Source: Antedon mediterranea (lineage: Eukaryota > Animalia > Echinodermata). From it: a stretch of DNA of 64,000 nucleotides. Positions 13,601-22,700 of this stretch are shown piece by piece. The position numbers and the translations under genes were made by a program. The notes beneath the pieces are model-generated. The model was not told the DNA's origin. It saw only the letters and a list, made by a program, of their open reading frames with translations, and ran no database searches. Positions within the stretch are counted from its first letter, which is position 1; each line of letters starts with the position of its first letter. The stretch covers positions 33,468,388-33,532,387 of the forward strand of contig NC_092670.1 of the NCBI RefSeq assembly GCF_964355755.1, in the 5' to 3' direction.

Positions 13601-13837
13601 TGTTACAAACAGCTTTTAATGGGCGACGATCCAAAAGGAAAATCATCGTGGAGGTCGCCAGACCACTTTCTACAGAGACAAAACTGTATGAATCTATTTG
13701 CAGAAAACTTTGGCACAATGCCGCTAACCCGCTCTCAGATGCGGTTAGATCCGCAACTCTATCAAGACCCGGTCGGTAACTTTCGCCGCCGATACCGACA
13801 AATTGAACTAGTAAATGATGGCTGTAAACCATCATGA
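1086..13837 (+). CDS. EXT1: Exostosin-1, heparan sulfate co-polymerase (GT47 + GT64), 5'-partial, 7 coding exons in window
   Basis: Exons 1086-1287, 3095-3214, 5295-5546, 7782-7877, 10297-10386, 11144-11304 and 13456-13837 splice in frame with GT-AG sites. Motifs [33 protein letters not shown] (DxD), [16 protein letters not shown] and [11 protein letters not shown] are typical of EXT1/tout-velu. Confidence 0.96.
1590..2814 (+). mobile_element. Non-autonomous Helentron/Helitron2-like element
   Basis: 5' hairpin ggttatccgc-acttg-gcggataacc followed by a T-rich tract. 3' end has the asymmetric repeat gcggataacc, the hairpin aactcgtc...gacgagtt and CTAG|T. The CG-rich core is shared with copies at 25877-29058 and 40208-43324. 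Confidence 0.75.
3095..3214 (+). CDS. EXT1: EXT1 exon (VPSITRS...STTFE)
   Basis: polyT-cag| acceptor, |gtaagt donor, 120 nt. Confidence 0.95.
4318..4375. repeat. Minisatellite, about 4 copies of a 15-16 bp unit (cctgtgtgtaatagt)
   Basis: Direct tandem repeats visible. Confidence 0.75.
5295..5546 (+). CDS. EXT1: EXT1 exon (IIKDRIN...STNVAQ)
   Basis: ttttcag| acceptor, |gtgagt donor, 252 nt. Confidence 0.93.
7305..7684. mobile_element. Degenerate Harbinger-like MITE
   Basis: Imperfect TIRs gggtctttcacacct / aggtgtgaaaaccct. Contains a fragment (about 7425-7468) that is the reverse complement of the MITE end at 44761. Confidence 0.5.
7782..7877 (+). CDS. EXT1: EXT1 exon (VIVLWH...EGGTK)
   Basis: tttatag| acceptor, |gtaggt donor, 96 nt. 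Confidence 0.92.
10297..10386 (+). CDS. EXT1: EXT1 exon with GT64 DxD motif (QIGDRFKP...[13 protein letters not shown])
   Basis: cccacag| acceptor, |gtttgt donor, 90 nt. Confidence 0.93.
11144..11304 (+). CDS. EXT1: EXT1 exon (IDFAFSVW...AAFYHR)
   Basis: tttttag| acceptor, |gtactg donor, 161 nt. Confidence 0.95.
11340..11538. mobile_element. Tourist/PIF-Harbinger-like MITE
   Basis: TIRs of about 35 bp (agtctgttttcctgttgacg / cgtcgacaggaaaacaggct) with TTA TSD. A second copy lies inverted at 24665-24868. Confidence 0.85.
11551..11935. mobile_element. MITE with long TIRs (unclassified)
   Basis: tatagagtatcacggtg...caccgtgatactctata; imperfect inverted repeat extends about 60 bp. Confidence 0.8.
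12839..13197 (-). mobile_element. tRNA-derived SINE relic
   Basis: Minus strand shows an A-box-like tggagtagcgg, a B-box-like ggttcgaggg and an ATT-rich tail near 12840. Confidence 0.55.
13456..13837 (+). CDS. EXT1: EXT1 last coding exon (YYHHLYS...DGCKPS*)
   Basis: ttgtag| acceptor, [11 protein letters not shown] motif, TGA at 13835-13837. Candidate AATAAA at 14888 and 15428. Confidence 0.95.
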
Positions 13838-14114
13838 CCGTGAGAGATGAGAAGATTATAATATTTATAGCTTTAACTGTGTGTGTAACAAAAAAGAGTT
13901 TGCAGTATTTATGTTGTTGCGTTCATGGATAGGGTAAAAGAGGGTATCGAAAGAATGTTTTAAATTGTTTTAAATTATAAAATAATGTGCTAGTATCGTT
14001 GGAATGATATTCAAACCAACCAGACTGAGTTGAATGTTGAGTTGTAAAAGAAACTATTTGAATAATCTACCGTCCAGGCTAATATAGTCGGCAGGAAAGT
14101 TCTTAGAATGTTAT

Positions 14115-14520
14115 TGTTAGTGTTAGATTTTGTTTACAACAGAATCTTATTGGTCACGTATGATGCATCATTTTCTTAGGAAGTGTTTGATTGGTCAGTA
14201 AAATATCCTAACAGTAGGATGCCATGAAAATATGAAAAGTTAGGCCTAATTTGTGTTAGATTTGATTTGCCAGCAACACATTTTTATTGGTCAAAATGAA
14301 TTAATAGTTGTACTGAGGAGTTTTATGTGATTTTGTCAGTAAAAGATCCTAATTATAGAATGTTAAAGAAATAAAGTAAATATCTGTTAGTGTTTGATTT
14401 TGTTTAAAAGCAGAATCCATTGGTCACGTATGATTCACAATTTAGTTTAGGAAGTGTTTGATTGTCCAGAAGCAAATTCCTAACAATAGATTGCTAAGGA
14501 AATAAGGAAAGCTATGTTAG
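14115..14520. repeat. Diverged tandem repeat, 3 copies of about 135 bp, in the probable EXT1 3' UTR
   Basis: The unit gtgttagattt...attggtca...tgattggtcagtaaaa recurs near 14120, 14253 and 14390. Confidence 0.75.
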
Positions 14521-15794
14521 AAGTTAATGATTTCTTTTGAGTTTTTAGAAGAACTAAAACGGAACACAGCCCTTTTATTTTAATTTCAAAGCAAATAAAT
14601 ATCTGCATTTATTCTTGTAAAAATTTATGAAATCAAGATAAATATTTTAGACTTTCCATTCCAGATTTTAATCTCAGAGTTTTATTGATTTTTTTTTGAT
14701 TTTTTAAAGAAAGCAGCAACTGCTTTTTTTGTTGTGTGTTGTGTGATGAGAAATGGACATCATTATTTGTATAAAAAGTGAGCAAGAGGTTTTGTACTAT
14801 GTTTTGACCGAGTGACACTGAGAGAGTGTGTTTTTATATTTGGCATTTTTTATATAAAGGTGTATGATTATTCATTAAGTATTAGCTAATAAAGACAAAA
14901 TACATTCTAATTTGTGACCTTTAACCTTATTAGAGTAAAATTTGGAACAACAGTATTTAGTAAGAGGTTTGTTTTAATTATGTATTTTTAAAAGTATACT
15001 TAAAACAGTAACATTTGGATGCAAAAGATGTTATTGTATGTGTGATTTTATTTAGAAGCTGTTTCAAAACAAGCCTATTGCAGTTACTGCAGTAATTTTT
15101 GCTGCAGAGATATACATGAAGAGAAAAATATATTATAGCAACATATTCCATTTATTTGTTTATAACAATATGCTTACTTCAGTAACTGCAGTAGTATTAA
15201 TGCAGTAAAAATGACTGCTGAAAATTATAACTGCTGTATAACAGCTTTGAAATTACTGCAGAAATGTGTAGTTACTGCTTATTTTGATTTAATGCAGTAA
15301 CTGCCCTGTCCCTAATCTGCTTTTTCATGCAACACAAGTTCCACTTGTATTTTTTAAATCCTCGTGTTTTGATATTTTATGATTGTTTTTATGTTATTTT
15401 TCCAAATGTATATTTTTTACATAAAGTAATAAAGGTAAACAAATTGTTGTTAAATGTTAAGTTGTTTATATTTTAAGTTGATTGTTAAAATTGTTATGAG
15501 GTAGTATGAACATACAGAACCAGAATTTGACTTCAAATGCAAATAATTTTATCTTATACCAAATTTTCTTCCACTAATTTTCCAATACCTTAAGAACAAA
15601 ATCATTTTAGAAACATGCAAAAAGTATGTTTAACCAAACAAAAAGATATTTTTGTTTGCATTTCAAAAGAATTAATGGTACTGTTGTTTGTTATCAAATA
15701 ACCTTAATAATTATTTAAACAATAAGTATTTTATTATAGAAATAAAAGAAAAATCAAATGAAATCCATCGAATGTAAGTTATTACCATCATATC

Positions 15795-15920
15795 CAGTGG
15801 CGTAACATAGGGCGTGAATTCCCCAGGTTCAGCACTCTTGGGGCTATACCTTTGGGCCTTTTAAGAAGCTCTGGGGCCCCTGGGTTTAGCCAGTAAGCGC
15901 TCATAGCTGCTAGGCCAGTG
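15795..15920. mobile_element. hAT-like MITE
   Basis: Termini cagtggcgta...taggccagtg; 8-bp flanks atcatatc / atcatctt (imperfect TSD). Confidence 0.55.
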
Positions 15921-16769
15921 ATCATCTTTGAGAGATTACTGTAGAACAACTTTGGAACTTTACCTGAATAGCAGTTGGCCAAATGTTAAAACCTATATTG
16001 CTCTTGTTCACTTTCAAAAGAAAGTTTTCCTTTAATAGGGGTGTTCTAGAGTTTAAATAACAATTATAAATTGTCAGTCGCTAGAAAATTACATGGAAAT
16101 GATTATCGACATGGTCAACCATGCATGAAACTTCATCAACTTCATCATTTCATCTATTTTGCATTGTTTCACCAGTAGTCTATTTTCTATGTAGGCCTAC
16201 TGTTCATTTTTCATTGACAACTACAGTATTCTACTTTATTTTAGAAGAATAGCCGATAATAATTTTAGGAGAGTGAAAATGAAAGTCAATTCTAATAAAG
16301 ATATAAAAATGATGCATATTCAAAACTTCATAAAGTATACCAATTCGGATAATTTGGATAAGATTTGTTTCTATCGCAGATTGAAATCTTGGCTGTCGAA
16401 AAGTTTCAATCTCGTCCTGGTATAAAATGACAATTCTGAATCTTCTTTCCTATAAAAATTCTTTTTATTGGGTGTGAAGATGCTGCTGTAGTAGTAGTAT
16501 TTCTTTTTGCTCATACCATGTTTAACTTGAATTAATTGCAATGTCAGGAATTTATTTACTAATTGTTGCGTGAATTGTTTCACATGCATGTGCATAGTCT
16601 ATTCATATAGCATCAATGGGTGGTTATATAATTTATATAATTAACTTAACTATTTATTTGTTAATGAAACTAAAAATTACTCAACCAGGCCAAACCATAG
16701 TCAATATTGACTATATGGCCAAACAGAGTTCATTTTTTTAGAAGTTTCCATGTACACAATAATTGGTGG

Positions 16770-16852
16770 CGCTATACCGCTCGGAAATCATTTTGACGTT
16801 ATTGACGTCACTGTCGCTTTGGGTGATACCAAACAAGATGGCCGATTTAGTG
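16770..16852 (+). promoter_or_regulatory. Putative promoter and first exon of the OFCC1-like gene
   Basis: CpG-richer patch with ETS-like cggaa, CRE tgacgtca (16803-16810), YY1-like aagatggccg and a strong donor gtg|gtaagt at 16852/16853. Confidence 0.55.
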
Positions 16853-17372
16853 GTAAGTACGCATTATTTATTATGAATAACTTAAATATTTAATTACCTA
16901 GGAGGAAATACGGATTATTTTGCAAGTGGAATTGTTGAGTAATATTAAGGGATTATATTATTACTCACCACGAGTAGAAGGACGCTAGGCCTACTGCAGT
17001 TTTTCGCACGTAATAATACTGGGCATAAAACTTCACGACGGTCACTCACCATCGATCATCACCGTCGCGCAGCGGGTGAATGTTTTTAATTTTGTAAACT
17101 CGAGAGTGTGGTGCGAAAGTGCATTAGGACCGAGGCCTGGCCCTCTAGCTAGGCCAGATTGGACTAATATGCTAGGCCTAGTTAGACCTGTCCGAGGACT
17201 ACCTCCAGGGCCTAGCCTAGTAGCTAGGCTATCTAGGCTAATCTTATATATTACTTTATTAGGCCTACTAGCTACTAGCTAGGCCTACCTAGCTAGGGCC
17301 TACTAGGCTAGCTAGGCCTAGTAGATAGCCTACTAATAATAGCCTAGTAATAATAACTAGGGCCTAGGCTAG

Positions 17373-19004
17373 TCGGAGTATGGTCGAAGCGGCCGCCAAC
17401 CAAAGCGGCCGCCAGTTTAATATCGTCATTTGTATGGAACGCCATGTGCGCTTTAATCTTTGATTGTCGTTGTCAACGCCATGGCCTATGGCGAGTTGAG
17501 TTACAGCTAAATAAATATAAGCCAACTCATGTACTATCAAATCTTTATATTTCTATAATAATTAAGTTTGCCTGCCGATAAATAAATGTATATTTTATTT
17601 GTATTTACTATTAACTAATACATATATCGAAATATATTTTGCCGAACCTTTATATCTCGTTTACATACTATTGAATCCTTATACAGTATTGCAATTTACG
17701 TATACGGTATTGCCGAATCTTTATATCTCGTTTATATACTATTGAATCCTTATACAGTATTGCAATAATAATAATTTACGTACGGTATTGCCGAATCTTT
17801 ATATCTCATTTACATACTATCGAATTTTATACAGTATTGCAATAATAATTTACGTACGGTATTGCCGAATATTTATATCTCATTCACATTTAACTATCGA
17901 ATTTTATACAGTATTGCAATAATAATTTACGTACGGTATTGCCGAATATTTATATCTCATTTACATTTAACTATCGAATTTTATACAGTATTGCATTAAT
18001 AATTTACGTACGGTATTGCCGAATCTTGATATCTCATTTACAGACTTAATCGAATCTTTATACAGTATTGCATTAAATAATAATTTACGTACGGTATTGC
18101 CGAATATTTATATCTTGTTTACATACTATCGAATCTTTATACAGTATTGCAATAATAATTTACGTACGGAATTGCCGAATATTTATATCTCATTTACATA
18201 CTGTACTATCGAATCTTGGTTTTTATTATTAGTAATAGGGTGTGTTATACATTTAAGTGTTATTCCATTGTAATACATTGTTTGTGTTTTCAATAAAGCA
18301 ACATGGGACGCGCACCTAATGTGCAGCAGCACTATTGCTGGCCGTCAGTCGCGTTATTAGCAGAAATTCGCGTAATTAATTACCGTATCAAACAGACACT
18401 TTCATCTTATTTAAGTATTTAAAACTCATTTTCAATTGATCAATATTTAAATATCTGAAGTAATAAAATAGTGTAGGATATTAAATAAATTGCTGTCATC
18501 ATGTTATTGTAATTAAATTATGATTGCGAACACTACAATAGTTACTTTATTAATTAATTAATATACAATAACAAATATTTTTAATTATTAATATATTTAT
18601 ATATTTTGATATACTTTATTGATTGGTTTATTTATATATAATTCTTAATAATTGGCTTATTATTATATTATATTAATATACAATATAAACACCACAATGT
18701 ATTTTATAGACTTTATTAAACATATTATGTATATCATTTAGAACAGTTAAAATAAGTAATCATCGATTCGCCATTTCGTTTAAAAGAACGTACGCGTATC
18801 ACATTCAATCTGTAAAAAAAAAGAGAATAAATTACATAATAATGTAGATTGTTATTTACGTCCGAGGTAAAGAAAACCTGTCGAAACAATGACGATCAAA
18901 GATTACAAAACAACGACAATCAAAGCGCACACGGCGTTCCATACAGATTACCGTTATTGAACTAGCGGCCGCTTTAGTTGGCGGCCGCTTCGACCGTAAT
19001 CCGG
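17373..19004. mobile_element. Non-autonomous TIR DNA element carrying an internal satellite-like array
   Basis: Imperfect TIRs of about 100 bp (tcggagtatggtcgaagcggccgcc... / ...ggcggccgcttcgaccgtaatccgg), flanked by ctag on both sides. Confidence 0.8.
17630..18217. repeat. Tandem array, about 8 copies of 71-81 bp
   Basis: The anchor gccgaa recurs at 17641, 17712, 17790, 17864, 17941, 18018, 18099 and 18174. Confidence 0.9.
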
Positions 19005-19663
19005 CTAGTCTAGGCCTAGTAACTTTACTATCCTACTACTAGGCCTTGGCATATAGTAGGGCGTAGGTCTAGACTCTAGGCTAGTAGCCTATTAATAATT
19101 ATGCCCCTAGGCCTAGTATAGATAGGCTACACTACAATCCATGATTTGTAAGTAGCCTATTTTTAGGCCTAGATATTCATTATAGAGAACTTCTCGTCAA
19201 CCGAGAAATAATGGACTTGCTTTGCTTTGCGAGTTACATTCTCTGCTTATGGTTGACTTTTTAATCTTGAGTTAAGGTAAATAGCACACCTGGTGGATAT
19301 ATTCCTGGTTGATGCATTGTTGCTGCTGGTTACTGGTATATGCTTACGTCGGCGTATGGAACTCAACTCAACTGAAAGGAACTAGTTGCACAAAAAAGCT
19401 TAATGTCGACTTTCGAAAAACTGACAGGAACAGAACTGAGTGGAACCAGTGAGCGAGCACTGGAACTGATTGTAACTAGTCATGGTTGCCAAACATGCGC
19501 ACGACGCGATTTGTAGTTAGTATAGAAACTACTACTACTAGACTAGACTACTGTCTGTAGCTCTAGGCGGATGAACTTTTTCAAATTACTTAATTTTAAT
19601 TTTTTTTATATATGTAGGCTGTTATGTAATAGCTGATATTGGAGAGAGACTAATGTAGCAATC

Positions 19664-19739
19664 ATGCCACCAAAGAAAGGAAAAAAGGGGAAAGGAAAGA
19701 AGAGAGCAACTACTATTGAAAATGTAGTACAAATAAAAG
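19664..19739 (+). CDS. OFCC1-like first coding exon (MPPKKGKKGKGKKRATTIENVVQIK)
   Basis: Acceptor at 19617/19618, atcATGc start, weak donor |gttcat, phase 1. Confidence 0.65.
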
Positions 19740-22700
19740 GTTCATTAATTTGTCGCTTTTCTCCTATCAACATACTAGGCCCTACAGTATTTAATTTATC
19801 TTGAAATTGAGTATTTTTCTTCAAGAAAGCACTTATTATTATATGCCTCATGGTTTTAAAACCCACCCATATCAGATAAACCATATGGTAATTTTTAATA
19901 GTGTACTAACGGTACACTGTTATTTTATTTATGAAAAATAAACTGATTCCTTATCATATTTGAAGACCAAAATGTAGTGATCCAATATTTTTCTTCAAGA
20001 AAGCACTTATTGTTAATATGCTTCAAGCTTTAAAACCCACCAATATTAGATAACCCATATTATAGCAATTTTTAATTACAGGTACACTGCTATTTTAATT
20101 ATGAAAACATAAACTGATTCCTTATCATATTTTTTTTTATTCAATAGAAGACAATTTTCCAGATGAACTTGGAGTGGCTGGTGGAGGTAAACTAGATTTG
20201 CACCGTTTTAAGAAATGATAGATGCCTTTTTTCCTAATGGAAATTTTGCCCTGAAGTTATGTAAATGGGGATTCCTGAATGTTAAAGACACTAGACCTGC
20301 AATTGTTGATGTTTTGTAAAAATAATGCATATATATATAAACACATCAGTATATATATATTATAACTTTAAAAACATTAAACCAGGTCATTTCTTGTCTT
20401 AAATGTGCGTTATAAGGTTAATTATGATAAAAAGAGAAAAACAATGAACCTTGCGTCGAAAGTTCTCTCGTAGACGTTTCTAGGCCTAGCTTAGTTATGT
20501 AGGCCTAGCTGGTAAAGAGTGGTAAACGTATGAACATCGTATGCTAGCTATAGGCCTAGCCTATATTAGGTATAAAAAAAATGTAAAGTAGGTTTTGTTT
20601 TATTAATTTACAGATGAAAGTGTTGCAGTTCAACTTGGATTAGATGATGAAGGTAAATACATGTAATTTTGTTCTTGTTTGAAATAGGTATGAAGACACT
20701 AAATTACCTAAATTTATGGCAATTTTCACCATTCTATGTACTATATATAGTTTATTTAAATTCTTATTTTTATTTGTTTCATCAATTTACAGAATTTACA
20801 CATAAAATTCCTCAAAGGGAAACAGCTGTGATCCAAGATACTAAATATATTAGTAGGGGTAAATACATTTTTAAGTTTAGTTTGAAGCAATCAATGAATT
20901 TTTTTTATTTTTTTTTGTGAAATTAACATGTAATTGTGTCTTGTTTAATAGAGTCTGCAGTTCAGGACTATAAAAGACTATCTCCAGATGCCACACAATT
21001 TCCAGCACGTACAATTTCTCAAAAGGAAACATTTTCCGTACGTTCAGAGCCTACCGTGACAGAAGCTGTGATCCAAGAAACTGCCCTCCAAGAAGATACT
21101 ACAGACTTAGTTAAAGAAGTTGCCATTGAAGATACTGCTTTTCCTGCAAGAAAGTCACCAACAGATTCTGATAAGGTTACTACGGAGCAAACCATTATTG
21201 AAATGGGTGATGACAAAGCAAAGGTTGTAAAAGATTCAAAGAAGCGTATCCACTTTTATTCTGGTGGAAATCAACAGGGTGAAGACAATGGTAAGTGATT
21301 CTAAACCACTGTCAACACTATCAAACTTTATGTGAAAAACCCTGATGTGCCCATATATAAACAGGATGATGTCATATCACTACCATATATGGGCATATCA
21401 CTACCATATTTAAGCACATCACTTTTTTGTAGAGAGTTAATTTCAATTTAAACCTTATAAACCAGTACACTGCACATCATGTAAGAGTGACAGCCCCTTT
21501 TATAAAATGCTTTAAGCCTATATATAGAGCCCTGTTAAAATTAACACTTAACGTAAGTCCAAACTAGCAGAGTAGTATATGTGCAGTGCAGAAGATTAAA
21601 TTTTGGTCAGATTTTTAATTCATTTTACTATCTGGGAGTAGTCATAGTGTTTGTTTCCAGATCATTGACAGTATTGCTAATTTTATTTCAGACTTTGCAG
21701 AAGCACCAGATGGAATTAATACAGAAGGAATGGACAATGCAGAGGACCCACACATGGAACCAATAGCAGTTGATGGAATGGAGCAGAAGATGGAAACACC
21801 AGTAAGAACAGAAACACCATCAAGATCTGGAACACCAATGAGAATGGGGACACCAACAAGGTCTGGGACACCTGTGAGAACAGAAACACCAACAAGGTCT
21901 GGAACCCCAATGAGAACCGGGACACCTTTGAGGAAGGGGACACCAGTAGAATATGAAAACAGAGATTTTGATAGTATTGATCCCAAAGACTATGGCTTGG
22001 AGTTTGAATCTGATGAAGAGTTTAACTATGGTAAGTTCTTGCAGTCTTCAGAATACATTGTGACACTTGATAACCATGATTACAGTAATTGTGTTTCAGG
22101 AGAGTTTGACCACTAAACCTTTTAAGTTGATTGAGATGGTTTACTCTTGACCAGGAATACTGTTTAAATCATCACATTTCAGTGTATGAGAAATAACATG
22201 TGTCTTGCAGCCTAATTCCACTAAATTGTACATAGGTGTGAACAATGTATACAAAAATGTTGTTTTTCCTAAGATTCCCTTCATGTTGTATAGCTGCTAT
22301 CAAATGTCTGTTCACATTGCTCTCTGATAATGTACAAAACACTGATTCTGCTACCTTTCTCTATTCTACTTCTCATAGATTTCACACATTTAAAAATGTC
22401 ATTATGATTTTTACTAGAACCACCAAACAAGGATCTACCTGACTTAAACCACCTGATGGGCACATTGGATGGAGGAGAATCGGATTTAGAAGCGGAGACA
22501 GAACCACTGTCCCTCTTTAAACAACCAGAACACAAACCGAATTACAAGCTCATTGAAGATCTGCGTTTGAGGATGGAGGAAGAAGGTATCGATCCTTACA
22601 TCAAAGAGTTTGAAGACAATGTACATAATGATGTTCTCATGATTGGCAATATTTCTTTAGAAGAAGTTCAGGTACGTTATTTGATTTGTGTGTTGTTTTG

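Noticed and set aside
15075-15305. Cluster of actgcagta words bounded by gcagttactgc / gcagtaactgc
   Set aside because: Probably an old foldback TE remnant, but no TSD or clear ends could be defined.
17630-18217. Regular repeat array superficially like CRISPR
   Set aside because: Whole units repeat with no unique spacers, there are no cas genes, and the context is eukaryotic.
20670-20692. tag|gtatg as a recursive or zero-length exon splice site
   Set aside because: It would leave an upstream intron of about 35 nt, which is too short; more likely a by-product of local duplication.
21642-21986. 114-aa minus-strand ORF with GVPxLx repeats
   Set aside because: Antisense shadow of the TPxR-repeat exon.
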